In this document: piece by piece, positions 9,342-23,910 of the stretch
Layout of the letters: the number at the start of each line of letters is the position of its first letter
How positions within the stretch are numbered: position 1 is the first letter of the stretch
Assembly (NCBI RefSeq): GCF_021869535.1
Contig: NW_026262604.1
Span: 19,220,001-19,284,000 of the forward strand
Reading direction: 5' to 3'
Source: Mytilus californianus
Taxonomy: Eukaryota
Length of the DNA: 64,000 nucleotides
Position numbers and translations under genes: made by a program
Notes under the pieces: model-generated
The model's input: the letters and a program-made list of their open reading frames with translations, nothing else
Database searches by the model: none
What the model was told of the DNA's origin: nothing

Positions 9342-12300
9342 GATCAAACCTAATGTTCAATCAATTTAGCATAATTGGGACTTTTGTAGCTTGATATATT
9401 CTGAGTTTTTTTATAGATAGAATGTTTTTACTTTGTATGGTCAAAGATTAATTTTGGAAATTATGATAGTACTCTAAAAAATTACCGCTGTGATTTTATA
9501 TTTTCTAAAAAAAAAAAAAAAAAAAAAAAAAGGAAGATAAAAATTATTTAAGCCCTCCAAGGTCAGAAGTTAATGTGATTGCGAAGATAATAGCACGAGT
9601 AGGAAGTGAAGGCTGACAGTCATTTATTGTTTTCTTACACGTTTTTCAAAACTTGTGAAATGTATTATGAAAACAGAATTGTGAGTATTGAAATATTTGA
9701 GGTTAAATTATGAATATCAAAACCTATTTTTATTGTTTTAACCAAATTGTTATCATATTTTCAAGTTAGAAGCGTACCATGAGGAACATGCTAACTAAAT
9801 GAAACACCATATTTTACAGGTTATTGAATTATCACATATTCAAGAAGTTTAAGTGTTGAGATACCGTAGCATTATAAGTCATTATATATTCACAAGTAAT
9901 AAATCTAGTCAGAAAGTTACTGTTCAAAATCGTTATAATTAGCCCGGAATAAGATTCGTTTCATATCGGGCATTGTTATGCAAATATATGAAAATTCATG
10001 AATCTTGATCCGTCGTGTGGTTTTATGTATTAAGGTTATTTTGATTTAACGGTAAAATATTATACAATTTGGCAGTAAAACTAAATCTATGTTCAGTTTA
10101 TAAAATATAGATGCATGGGGACAATAGATAGTCTAGCGGATAGGCATTGAAGATGCAATAACAATAGCTGAATTATACGATTGTTGGAAGGGATCAAGTT
10201 CCGTAAGAAAGTTTAAAACTGATCGCCTCATCATCATCAGCAGCAGCAGCATCGCTTCTATCTCTACAATTGTAAGATTGCGTTTTACTCTAATCAAGGT
10301 ATTAAGAACCAATTTTGTTTTCATTTAAAACCTGTCGTTTCAAATATAATTTTTAAAACCGATTATTTTAATAGCAGGATATATAAAAAGCAATGTAAAA
10401 GCTTATTGCAAACCTTTTCTTTCTAAAGTTGGGACATACAATTTTATTCCAAAATATACAGTGGACCTTTTTGTTTTTTACATCTTGATTACAGTACAAT
10501 TAAATCTTACTCTTGTGTTCATTTATGCATATCTATTTAGTACACGTGAAATGTTTATACGAAGAAGACATTTTTAAGCAATTTCATTGGACGAGAAGTA
10601 TGTGCTTACTTAGGATATGTTAAGTAATGATATTTGCTAGCAATGACTTCATAGAATTGTAAATACAAATAAATTTTAGTGCTTTGGAACAGTGTTATGC
10701 TTAATAGTTTAGCAGTTAGTTAGAAAAATGTTTGTTATTTACAAATGATAACATGTTTTGAGCCATATTTTTGAAGTCTATGTTATAAAATGAATATAAA
10801 TAATGGGAGATAATTTGGTAAAGGAGATAACATATATAAGAATTTGAAGAAGTTAGGAATATCTTAGAATTTTTACTTATATTTTGGCATTGCACAAGGT
10901 CATAGGTTTATACTGTTGACTAAGAAAGGAATATGAATTTTAAATAATGTTCCAAGTGCTGAAGTTGAAATCTCCGCTTGAAAATTATACGGAAATATCT
11001 GTTTCAAAAATGACGAGTGAATATGTTCCAATTGTCGAAACCATAATCCTGTCCTTTTGGCGAATGTGAATACCGAATTTGACTTATCACCGGGTTTATA
11101 CTTACATGAAAAGCACGATGGTTGCCACATGTGTAGCAGGATATGGTTACCCTTCCAGAGCATCTGATATCAACCCCAGTTTTTGGTCGGGTTTGTATTG
11201 CTCAGGCTTTGGTTTTCCATGTTGTGTTTTGTATAGAAAATCAGTTTCCAAATGCTTTAACATATACAGAATATATAGTCACATATATCCAGAGAACGAT
11301 CCCTATTGATTGTGAAGCTAAAAAATGTCTCAGTTAATACAAATAGACTTTTATTTATGCGAAAAGATTTTCATATGCTTAATCAAATAGTGTATATGAG
11401 AACTTTATGTCATTGTAGGCCCTCACCACTGATCAAAACCATACCGCATATCAATCTATTAAAGGGCCCGACATAACACATGTAAAACAATTCAAACAAG
11501 AAAATTAACGACCCAATTTTCGTACAACACATATTTTGCGGCCAAACAATGACCTTGGATAGTGATGTATAGCACAACATTAGAGAAACTATAGTAATTC
11601 TTTGAAATAAGCTTGGCTTAAGACCGTATGCGTTAATAACTGTAAAGCAAAATATATGCTGTTAGGTTTTGTTAATTGACAAACTCATTGTTAGTACCGA
11701 TATAAAAACCAAATTCAAAAACCTTATTACTGAATTGTTAAATTGATAATCTTTAAGAATATGTTTATTCAAAGGTTATGGCAATTATCACTAAATATAA
11801 ACTAAAATGTGGTTTTCGGATGCAAACTCAAGAACCACATATATGATTAAAATAAAATTGAGAATGGAAATGGGGAATGTGTCAAAGAGACAACAACCCG
11901 ACCATAGAGCAGACAACATCCGAAGGCCACCTATTGCACGTTTTTAGAAATATAGTGATCACAATTTATTCAAATGTCACTTTTGTCATAGTTACTAAAA
12001 AGTATTGAAATATGTGCATAGAAGTAGTTTCCGGGTGCTAATTCTTTTATTTCAAACGAATTTCGTATATGATCGCATAAAAGATAGAGACATCCCTATG
12101 GGTTATGAATTGCTATGTATAAGGTAAAGGCAAAAGGTAGACCAAAATTCGTAAAGAAAAATTGTTTTATGATGCTTAATAAATACTATACTACTTATAT
12201 ATTATCATACATGATGAGGATAGATCCTTTTTAATTCAGACGCCATTCCGTCTAAGCTCAAAGTCATTGGTACATACACAGATTTTGTTAGACAATGTTA

Positions 12301-14799
12301 CTGTCAAATCCTGTTAGAAGTGAATCATAACTTAATAAAATAGATATAAAAACTATGCCATCAAGTCCCTTACAGCTTTTCCTCTTTATAAGGGGTGTGG
12401 TGATATGTTAGCTAGTTCACTTAAGGTTTTTTTAATTTTGAGGAGTATATGACATCTGATCTACCATACTAGTATTACCTTTGTTACGTTTTCTTGCTCC
12501 ATGACCAAGCTTTTGTTGTTGGTTTTAAGAACATAATTTGAATTAAGAAATGTATTTAAGGACCATTTATCTCAGATTAAGACCGATTTAACTTTGTTAT
12601 TAAAAACGTCTGTCCTTCAATATCCCATTTTCTTTAGAATTTAAAATGATGCTTCTCTAATGTAAATCATGTAGATGGAGCATATGCGTTGTATAGACAC
12701 ATTCTGGTTTTTTTTAAGTCTGAAATAATATAAGCTCGGTAAACTATTCGTGATAATTCAATAGTGAATTCAGTTTTACTTCCCTTAATCTATAGAATTC
12801 AATCTAGGCACTGATATATCAAAAGATTATATAAAAATAAGCATGTTATTGACAGGACATACTATAGTTTATTTCTAAGCAACAAACATTTTATTACATT
12901 TAAGTTCAAAAGTCAATGCCACCTATAATGATACAGAGTGTACCGGCATGCAAAATAATAAAATTGAATGTTAAAGGTTACCAAAATTAGTATTGTCGAA
13001 ACAACCAATTGTTGACATAATAACCGAGATCATAGGTCATCTTCACTAGTAATAGACCAAAAAAAGGTACAAAAAAAGAAAAAGTAAAGATATTTATTAT
13101 GTGTTAATAAGATAACATCACATTTGTCTGTTATTGGAGAGTTCTGTTGTTATCAACTTTAACTACAATCAGTATACAATATTTTCAAATACTGGAAACA
13201 TTGAGAGAACATTAATAATGCATTACTGTCTACATCAATGCAGGAATCCTCATAATTGCATAAGCAGAACAAATCATCGTGGGTAGGAAACATCAAGTCA
13301 AATCTACTCAAAAGAACATATAAGTTTATAATTGTAAATTGCATTTTAATTCAGTTGAGATTGAAATAAAGGAATTTTATAAAACCAAGATTTTTGTGCT
13401 AACTAGAAATATGGTAATATGAAAAGAAATTGCGTACATATGGATTGTTCGTTTAAATGTTTTACATATATATATATCGATTTATCGGTTGCTTTGGTCC
13501 AGCTTGTTCGTAATATAAAACCGGATCACTGCATTCAATATATACATATATGTACATGTACCAGTGTCATTTTATCGCTGATAAAGTGAAAAGTATATTA
13601 TATGTGCACGTACGTTGCTTATTTACATAGTGTTTGGGTAATATTAAAATCATACATTCAGTTGAAGACGGGTTCGCAGAAAAGAATCTCGAATGGTCAA
13701 CAATTATACATCGCTCAAAGTAAATAATTATTTATTATAACATAACAACTAATTTCAACAGTAAAAATAAATAACAATACATTGTCCGATTTAAAACGAA
13801 AGTGTATGATTTTTCCTACACTTCAGAATTTATGAACTGAACTTGACATTCACTGAACATGCTGAAATTTACATTGTTACATGGTCGGTTTTGTGTGTTA
13901 CACATGTACACATTCAAGTTTTTAACTCGATGATTGGCGCCGTAGAAAATGGAGTTAATCCTGCTGTTCATGTTTGTCTGTTAGCAGAAAATGGGTTTAA
14001 TGCATATTGCAAATGTTTGAAAACAAACAGAACGTACATTAATCTATAGTTCGCATAAGGTCAAGAAATGCGTCTGCAATACATATTCTGAGGTCACGCA
14101 GGTTCATACAACACTCGTCAACAGCAATACACAAACGTAGTCCGGCAGTGGGCGGACTTTTAAAGCGATATTTGTATAGTATACAGATACAGCCTAGCGA
14201 TATCTGTTGGGCTGTAAATGTATGATAAGACACCCAATTGCAGGATAAATACTTCTACAAAGAGCTTACAATACTTATTTCAGTTCAATGTTTTACTGCA
14301 AGATTTTGACTTTATGCCGTTGGTCAACATGATATTTGTAATTATTTTTAGTTACAGTTTTTTATTTCTAGATTTGTTTTGTTCAGAAATACCTCATTCT
14401 TGGTAATAAAACTAAATACGACTTTGGTTGCACATTACAAGAGTTACGGATTACGTACATAATAGAAATCTTTATTGTTGCACGATATAGTTTCTTCTCA
14501 ACAATGAGGATATGACTTATAGTTACAATTGGTAACAAAACACAGACAATGTGATTGAAATATTTAAACACTTGAAAATATAGATGGCATCAACCTTAAC
14601 AAAAATATCAAACCAGACAAGAATATCATCAAACAGCACAAAACGTTAAAGATTTCTTTTATATATCGTGGCTGATACGCAATTTCGAAAGGTTTACATA
14701 GCTGTGCGTCTTTCCGTCTATCTCATTACTTTCATTTTCATTTTGCATTTAAATAATTGATTAATTAAAGCTCAAATTGCGGATAAATGCATTACAAAA

Positions 14800-14980
14800 A
14801 AAGTAAAATAACAAAAATACCGAACTCCGAGGAAAATTCAAAACGGAAATTCCCTAATCAAATGGCAAAATCAAAAGATAACAACTGTCATATTCCTGAC
14901 TTGGTACAGGCATTTTCTTATGATGAAAATGGTGGATTAAAACTCGTTTTAAAGCTAGCTAAACCTCTCACTTGTATGAC
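14800..14980 (-). mobile_element. 5'-truncated 3' end of the Penelope-like family at 31085-33190
   Basis: aaaagtaaaat.acaaaaatac.gaactccgaggaaaattc...caactgtcatattcctgacttggtacagg, also at about 19630-19790, 29570-29900, 31085-31420, 58435-58580 and 63715-63775. Confidence 0.75.
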
Positions 14981-17900
14981 TTAAAATGTATGTTTTAGCT
15001 ATGCCAAAAGGATATAACAGGCCACATTTTAGGAAAGAGAAATGAACATGCCCATATAGTATGCCAGAAATGCTGCAATGATTCTAATGTCTGTAATTAT
15101 GATCAATCATGTCAAAATCCAACAACAAGTAGGTAGAAAAAAATACACCATATTTTAAAATGTTTGTCGTTAGCAAAAATACATATATGTGTATCGCGGT
15201 CTAGATCTTGCAAAAAATCAAAAAGAAAAAACCCAACATTATAACTATAACGAGTTTGTGTCGTGTATTAAATCATTTATGTGTTATTATATTTCAGTTC
15301 CAGGACAGACATGTCTATCATGTGGTAATGTAGACAATCCGAAAGACTACAATAATTCAATGGCATGTGCAAAAGAAGAGGTATATCTAATTCAATATAT
15401 GTATTTTAACTAGTGATATTCACAATTCGCCACTTCTTCGGAATGACAGTTGACAACAATGAAACGCCATACCCATCTATTCAAGAGTATTTGTATGAAG
15501 AAAACATAATTTGAATGTAATTTTACGTTAAGATCGGTATATGACAGTATATTCCAAGTTAAAAAAAATAATTATCGGTTTTGGGAGTTGAGATAAAAAA
15601 AAAAAAAGCTTTACAATTCGGTGTCATTTTGACTTAGATACGTTGTTACTTACATTATTATATCATTGAATTCAATATATACATACACGTATTCGAATAC
15701 AGTATTTCACTTTGTGTTTTAGGTGTGTTTTCTCCATAAGTATATGACTGAAACGCAGCATGTGAAATATGACCTCGGTTGCAAACACTCAACGGTATGT
15801 TAAAGTTTTTTGAAAAAATTAAAGTCATGCTACAATGAAGTTATTAAATGAATTTAAAATTTTAAAAACTCTGATTTGCTCAACTAGTTCTCAAGAATGG
15901 AATGTACTTGGACCAGATTTGAAAATAAAAAAATGGATAATAAGAGCATTTTAACAGCATCCTCTTGTTTATATTCAGATTAATTTGATTTTTTAAAACA
16001 ATTCAAAAAGAATGAAAAGTTAGAAAACGAAAAACACAAAATCTAAAAATATCTAATATTATCAGAAACAATTTTCTAGAATTAAATTTTTAAAAGCAGC
16101 ATGTTTAAGAGGTCGGTAGGTTTCCTTTTTCTTTCCAATGCCCTTTGATTGTTTTTGCTGTCAAAATTAACTTCTTTTTTGTTTACTTTGCTTAATCATT
16201 TTATTTTTTTTGTTTTTTGTGTTCGTTCTGAATGACAATCATACATGTATTATGTTTATTCGGTTTTAACGTTTTTATCTATTACAACGTGCTCATTAAA
16301 TCCCCTTTTCTGAATTTATTATATGTTACTAAACTGTCAACCTTTTCGTATGCCTTTATGGTTCAAATACGAATGTTTTTGGTCGCCGAACATCTGCTGG
16401 CAAAAATTTAACATGTGAAAACTGTTGTAGTGGAACAGAGCTTTGTAACGTTGACCTCCAATGTAGATAAACAGGCGCGTAAGTTTTTTAAACACAACTG
16501 TATACAAAAGCGCAATGCATGGCAAAACATAATCAGTGGGACTTGAAATGGAATTTTCTATTATTTACATTCTATTTTAGTTTTGAATCTTATAAAGCTT
16601 TATCAAATATACGAAAAAATAAAACATAGACATTGTGACTGTAAAGTTCAAATAATAAATGATTTAAATAAACATACCATACATTTAGAAATTACTGTGT
16701 TCATTTATTATTGCAATTTGTGGAGAATGGGCAAAAATGCAAGATTAAATATTGCAATTTCAGGAAAAACTGCATACATATATACATGTAAGCAGATGTT
16801 ATCATAATGCGAGTTCTGGTTATTGAGATATTTACCTAGTCACATTATACGCATTAATAAAAGCCTCGCAATAGTTTCTGAATTTATGAGTCTTTAAATG
16901 CAGAAAAGGAAATGATGTGTAATGCCCGTCAATAAATGAATGTGAATCATTTGTTCAACTAGACTCTAGCAATGTGCTTCAATCGGGTAATATTGGGACA
17001 ATATCATTAATAATACCTGCATGAAAAGTAAATTAGTTTATATTGTTTTGGGTCGGTTTCTCACGCTTTAACCCATGTTTCATCCAAAATTTTCTCCAGA
17101 AAATACCTGTACTAATCCAAGACTATGACACTTGTTGACTTTTCGTTCCGTTGGTTGATATAGTCAGGCTTTATGGAATTCACTCTTTTTGAATTTTGCA
17201 TGGAGTTTGGTATTTTGGCTTGCAATTCCAAAATTCTGAAATTCGAATAAAATGGATAATACTAATGCAAGAGTATCTTTTTAATCGAAGAAAAAGTTTT
17301 AAATCTACGTGTTTTTCAATTAATAATAAATGTGTCTTTTCATCTTTCTCATATCATTGGTCTGGATCTTGAAATTCAAAGTTTTTCTGGATGTGTGGTT
17401 ATCACTGCCCTTCAACTTCGTTTTATCTTATCGATTTCCTACAACTGTAAATCTATTGGCACTTATGAGTCCCATGTAGACGAAACGCGTGTTAAGTGTA
17501 TTTAATTATAAGCCTGACTTAGCTGGTGAGTTTTACATGTTTTCAGCTTGGTATTCTTATTATATGTCCTGTAAATACTTCAGACAGGCTGTTGCATTTA
17601 ATTTTGTCAAATTTTGTAACACGTTTCAAATAATTTGGAACCCAAATTTTAAGTTGTTATGCTGGCTATTTATACTAAAATTATCGTAAGTAAGGAGAGA
17701 TAACGGTTGCAATAACCCTTGATATGATGTTATTGATAGGAATGATTTTTCGTTATTGAAAGGTATTCATCGAAAATTGATGGATGGATAATTAGATCCT
17801 CGATTAACATAAACCTATAAATATTCCTTGTATATTCGTGATGACAAAATCTCAAAACCGTACGGATATATCCAATTTTTTACTGCTCCGAAGAGGATTG

Positions 17901-18745
17901 AAAAAAACCGGACACACTATTATGGCTCAGAACCTGCCAGTATTTTTCCTATTTTTTAAAAAAGAAATCTTTTAAATGCTTGTTTTGAGTACAGGACCAC
18001 GACTTTGTACATCATCAATGAGAATAGAAATGACCTGGTTTGTGGTAAGCGTCACTTAACGACACAGAAACAAAAAAAAAGACAACCTAAAATAGATATG
18101 TATGCATGAAGATTTATGTAAGAATATATTGAGGTTAAGCACATATGTTTTTCTATATGTAATCCTTCTATAAGTGACCGTCATTCGTAAAAAGCCTTGA
18201 AGGGAATACGTGATATGCAAAAATCTAATTGCATAACATCAGTCCTACAATACAGTTAAGAGATCAGGAAACTGTAAATCAAAATCGTCTTTAATTTCTT
18301 TTTTACAAAAGTTTGTATTGTATGAGTAAAACCAAGAGGTGAGCAGTATCGCTTATGTTATTATCATTGAGCATATTATTATCATACAGTAAAATTCGTT
18401 AATCAAAAAACATTATGAATACGCAGAATAAGTTTCTTGAAAGACAAAAGCTAGCTACAACTTCTGATAAGAATTTTACATGAATATTCTATTTGGGATA
18501 AAATAAAACAAAGGATATGAGGTATCCATCCATGACACAATGCCCATTTCTTCTAGTAATACTTTATGTTGATGCTCTGTTCATTCATGTTTGTTCTTAG
18601 TTGTTGTGTGCATTGTTTATACCTATGAGATGATTGTTGCAATTAAAAAGGCGAAGTTTATTTCTTTTATATTTAATTAAATGAATATTTCACAAACTCC
18701 ACACCAGAAAAATATCTGTTGATTGATATTTTTTTTATTTGATAG

Positions 18746-18865
18746 GAGCCAGGGATTGTGCTGAACTAGCAATAACAAACGATGGTATATACACTATATA
18801 CCCAAGCGGTATTACTCAACCAGTTCTTGTTTATTGTGTAGTACGTCAACACGAAAAATGGACTG
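18746..18865 (+). pseudogene. Fibrinogen C-domain first exon, copy A (frameshifted)
   Basis: GARDCAELAITNDGIYTIYPSG / QPVLVYCVVRQHEKWT across a 1-nt insertion; tag...gtaagt boundaries. Confidence 0.85.
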
Positions 18866-19972
18866 TAAGTTAAAGAAAGTACAAGTTTTGGATTTTTTTA
18901 TTTATTGACACAATGAAAATATAATAGACAACTTTACAGTGTTGGATTCTAAAATTTACGGTCAAAGTACAGTAAATGATATACATCATAGATTTTGGTA
19001 AAATATTTTCATACAACTTTAGCTCGTTGAACTATAACAAAAACGTCGAATAAATTGTACAATCGTCGAAAAACATTAACGGTATACACTATTCAAAGAA
19101 GTGTTCTAGGTAAAAAAAAATCACAAAACGACGAATCAGGCGTAACGTCGACCAGTTTTTGGCTGTTAAACGTCGATTATTTAACATTTTTCACTTTTAA
19201 ATATACAATTTTAGAAACACCAGTATATAATTTTTTAGACAAATATATGGATTTACAGTTGGCAATTTGATGATGTTGAGACTATTTTAAGAGAATTTTT
19301 CGTCAATTGTATCTCCTCTTTATACAAAAGCTTATCGATTTGGAAAGATTTTAATCAGGAATACTTAAGAAAATATAAAAATGGATGTATCATTTTTCAA
19401 TTTTAAGTTTAAGTTCAATGAGCCTAAATTGCATGCAAAATTTTACAAAATTCTGTGAAAAAGCTAATTCACTGTACCTTGATCATTGAAAAAGTAAAGC
19501 CATTAGACAAAAACTATGACAGTAACGTTCTCAGTAACACCTTAAAAAATAAGTTATATTCGTCTGTATCTCATAATTAAACGTTATCTTTTATATAGTC
19601 ATTATAAACAAATATCATAAGTCACCCTTTGCAAAAAGTAAAATAACTAAAATACCGAAAATTCAAAACGGAACGTCCTTATCAAATAGCAAAATCAAAA
19701 ATTCAAGCACATCAAACGAATGAAAAACAACTGTCATATTCCAGAATTGGTACAGGTCTTTCCTTGTGTAGAAAATGAAAAGTTGAATCAGTCGTTTTAA
19801 CTACTTTCCTCTCTTATTATTCTAGCTTTGTCTAGAAGTTTAGTATCGTAGTAATTCCGCGCTATTAAATACTCGATGCCCAAATTTGGTTTGTATCAAT
19901 CGAAATTTTTCTTATTTCTTCTCGTTCTTTAATTCATTTAAACAAAATGATACAAATATCTATGTATTATAG

Positions 19973-20066
19973 ATACAATGAATAAGCGTTGATTCTTGAA
20001 AAAAACAACCATGAGCCCAGAGGGCGAATAGTTTGTTTTTCATGAATCAACGCTTATTCGTTGTAT
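19973..20066. repeat. Near-perfect palindrome of about 94 bp (MITE-like or RNA hairpin)
   Basis: Left arm atacaatgaataagcgttgattcttgaaaaa pairs with right arm tttttcatgaatcaacgcttattcgttgtat, with few mismatches. Confidence 0.8.
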
Positions 20067-20644
20067 ATCTTACTTAAACTATTGCCTTTTCACAATTAAA
20101 AGCCTTTTCTTAATTAGAAGGTAGTTTAAGTGAGTTTTAATAGCTATTTTATCATGCCCATTGTTCAATGATGCATTAATATTGCAACCCATTGGTAGAC
20201 GAGAGGTTCATGTCAGTCACACACAACAGATTTCAAGGATAATTAAAATGTCTACAATGTTCAGATTTTGATGTAAGCATTAAATTGTAATCTATTAACA
20301 ACACATGGCTGCCATGACTACAAAAACATCATAAAAAATGCTTTTTTTGTGAGCATTAAAGAAATGGGGCAAACAAATTGTATACAAAGATCCACTGTAT
20401 ATCTTCAAAAGTGTCACAGAATTCCTTCTTAAAGTTTATGAAAGACAAGTCAAAACAAAACTAATCCGAAACCTAAGGTTGGACAATGCAATATCGTCGA
20501 AAAAGAAAAAGAAAACGCAGTTGTTACAAAAGGTTTATAATTGCTGTTACTCAAGTACTATTCTTCGTCTGATATTCGGTATTCATTAACGAGTTTTAGT
20601 TGCGGTGAAAATATTGAATTGATTGTATTTTCTACTTTTACATG

Positions 20645-20860
20645 TAAAAGAGAGGCGAAGGATAGCAAAGGGACATTAAAACTCATAAGTAAAAACAAAT
20701 GACAACGCCATGGCTTAAAAAGAGAAACAGAAACAGAAAAACAACAGTACACAAAACACAACATAGAAAACATAGGACTGTGCAACACGAACCCCACTTT
20801 GAACTGGGGGTGATCTCAGGTGCTCCGGAAGGGTAAGCAGATCTTGCATATATTGTTAAA
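20645..20860 (-). mobile_element. Interspersed repeat family (retroelement 3' end or SINE-like)
   Basis: aaagagaggcgaaggatagcaaagggaca...catagaaaac...aacacgaacc...ggggtgatctcaggtgctccggaagggtaagcagatc. Reverse copy at 24205-24385 and another copy at 63790-64000. Confidence 0.7.
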
Positions 20861-20917
20861 CCTGTATCTGTTGCATAGAAATGTCTTTCAGATATTTTAT
20901 ATTTAAATATTTTCAAG

Positions 20918-21099
20918 GCAATGAGGATATTGCAACGAGGATATTCATTTAAAATCTACAAACGGTCGTCACGAATTAAGTATATATATGGAAACAATAG
21001 ATACAACACATCACTCAGCCAATTATTCTACATTTAGAGTCAGTGATGAAGAATCTTTGTACGTTCTGACAGCTACAGGTTAAAGCGGAGATACTAAAT
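20918..21099 (+). pseudogene. Fibrinogen C-domain middle exon, copy A (insertion and stop)
   Basis: Reads GNEDIHLKSTNGRHELSIYMETIDTTHHSANYSTFRVSDEESLYVLTATG*SGDTK once the 14-nt duplicated segment gaggatattgcaac is removed (182-14=168 nt, phase 1-1). Confidence 0.85.
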
Positions 21100-23737
21100 G
21101 TAAGTTTGTGGATAATAACGTAAAGCAGTCAAGTAATCTCTAACTACTCGTTTATTTGAAAAATTTTAAAAATGTAGTTTTGATTATGAATAAGTTTATG
21201 GTGAAAACAAATAAAAAATTATAACAAAAGTACAATGTTCTGTGAAACTTATTTTAGATTAGGTGAATTGTATATGTAGTGAGTCTTATAAGAATTTTCT
21301 CGCAGTGTTGAAGACCCATTGGTGGCCTTGGGCGGTTTTATGCTCTTTGGTCGGGTTGTTGTCTCTTTGACAATTCCATTCTCAATTTTATGTATCGATC
21401 TGATGAGTTAAGCATTTCAACTGATTTTTTAGTTTGTTCTTCTCTTGTGCTGTTTCACGACTGTCCCAGATTATGGGAGGGTCGAGCGCTCACAAACATG
21501 TTTAACCCCGCCACATTCCTAATGTGCCTGTCCCATATTAGAAGCCTGTAGTTCAGTGGCTGTCGTTGGTGCATGTCGGTCATATTTGTTTTTCGTCAAT
21601 TGTTTTGTTATAAATTAAGTCGTAAGTTTTCTTAATTGAATTGTTTCATATTTTTCATGTCTGGACTTTTTATAGCCGACTAAACATTATGAGTTTTTCT
21701 CATTGTTGAAGGCCGTACGGTTGCCTCTAATCGCTCACATTCACTTCATTTGAACTTTGTTGGATAGTTGTCTCATTGGCAATCATACCGCATCTCCTTA
21801 TTTTTATACTGGTAAGTCGACAGGATATGTCTTTTCTGCTACATATATGCATGAAGTCAAAGTCAGATAAATCAACATATACTAGTAAACATCATGTTGA
21901 AATAAGGAACAGGACACATAAATCTTTGAAAACCTGTCATTTGTTGAGACTGAGAGACAGTTCCATCGTAGCAGTAAACCAATTCGTGATGTAAACATTA
22001 AAACTTAGTATCATTTTTGTCGTTCTTCTTTATAACCATATCGAAGTATTTTTATTTCATGTAAGAAACACACCTATGTTGACAATTCCGTATATTGTGT
22101 GCATTTATACTCACAACGTTTCAATTAAGATAATTCAACCAAACGGAACAAATGAAATGATATTGCTGCAAAATAGAAATTCGACAATGGAAATTCAGAA
22201 ATTGTCACGTTTGTCATAGATCTCAAAAAGAATTGTATATTGAGCGGCAGGAAATCATCAATATATCTAAAAACGAAATAAAGGAACTTGACAAGATGCT
22301 TTATTGTCTAAAGTTTTTAATGATTTCAACCTGACGTGAGTGCAAAAACAAGTCAACCAGTAGATCTTCACACATTAAGTTAGTATTGGAATACCAGCTG
22401 TTTGTTGAATATCATTCCAAAAACCCAAAGCACTGTTCTTGAAAATGATGCAGTAGTAGCTTAAAGTTCAGTAAAATGTGAAAGATTTGATATTATTACA
22501 AAACTGTAAATTGTGATTTAATATTGTTAAGTACGTGTATTTACATGGTTTTCTTCTTAAGGGTTTTTGTGAAATTTAAAATTTCCTGTTTACAAAATGG
22601 ATATTTGCATCGTCCGAAGCAGAGCGAAACTTGTGATTTTATAAAACCTTTTTCTTGAAATGTGAAGGCGTATGATAAGGATTCATTAATTTGCTGTAAA
22701 TTCATAATCCTTTTGAAAGGCAATCCGCAATATGATTGTTTTCATATAAAAACAATGCTGTTTGGGGCAATGTTTGCTCGCACAGAAAATACGGTATGTT
22801 AAAGTAGTTAACTGGGTTGAATGATGATAAGTAAGAATGTGAGAAAGACTTTATTAAAAAATAAATTATCACAATAAAACAGTAAGTCTTCACGTCAACA
22901 GATTGTTTTCGATTTGTCAATGTGTCAATGTGTCAAGATTGAATAAGTTGTGACTGAGTTTAGGTAGATGGTAGGAGAAAACAATTAGCAATTCAAACTT
23001 CTGATTAGTCGAATATTTTCTTATTTTCTTCACCTTGACCAATAAAAGTTGTTATAGCTGGATTGAGCTGGTTCTGTGTGCCGTCAACCTACTCTTTTTT
23101 CATCTTTCAAAGTTTTATGATAAGTGTACTGAGAAAACACAATGATATTGTGAGTTAAAATCCATAACTAAAACTTTTTATTTTCACAAATACGGGAAAA
23201 CAACTACAAGAATAAAAATAGTATGTATTACTTTTATGACCAAAAGAATGCTAATAGTTGCAGATAAAGAAATCAAGCCGTTCTCCTTTTACATGTTTTA
23301 CTTTTTGGTACAACAATATGGAAAAAAAGTAATTTGGGTTGAAAAAATAAGAGTATATATTAATAACGATAAAGATGAAATACTTAACACGTACTGTTTT
23401 GTTTCTGAAAAGAAATCATGGTATTGTAGCATAGTACAATGTAAATAGAAAGTGTTAAGAACAAGCTTTGTTGGTGACCTTCTGCTGTTGTCTGTTCTAT
23501 GGTCGGGTTGTTGTCTCTTTGACACATTCCCCATTTCCATTCTCATTTTTATTTACATATAATATCTCAATTATTATACAGTAAGCTCTTTATACATAAG
23601 TTTTTGCTGCAGGTAATATTACAGTTTCGTATCCTTTAAGATTATCTTAGCTGTATTTGGCAAAACCTTTCGGAATTTTGGGTACTCAATTCCCTTCAAT
23701 TTCTTACTATATTTTGCCTTTTTAACTTTTTTTATTC

Positions 23738-23784
23738 GAGCGTCACTGATGAGTCTTTTTTTGGACGGAACGCTCGTCTGGCGT
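23738..23784 (+). ncRNA. Minimal type-I hammerhead ribozyme motif (core mutated GAAA>GGAA) in a Penelope-like pLTR repeat
   Basis: gcgtca-CTGATGA-gtc(tttttttg)gac-GGAA-c-gctc-GTC-tggcg. Confidence 0.6.
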
Positions 23785-23910
23785 TCACAATTTTAATCCT
23801 GGTATCTATGATGAGTTTATATAAGCTTATTCTGTCTCTCTTTCTGATTTTTCTATTCCATTTGATAATTCCTTTATGATTAGTTACATCAGTTTTAAAA
23901 CTATTTGTAG

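Noticed and set aside
9129-9394. ORFs spanning the N run
   Set aside because: These are artefacts of translating the gap.
19320-19390. Possible second FBG exon of copy A (IQK...DFNQE...KYKNG)
   Set aside because: It needs a frameshift, lacks the W and GFG residues and has no convincing splice sites; chance similarity in AT-rich DNA is likely.
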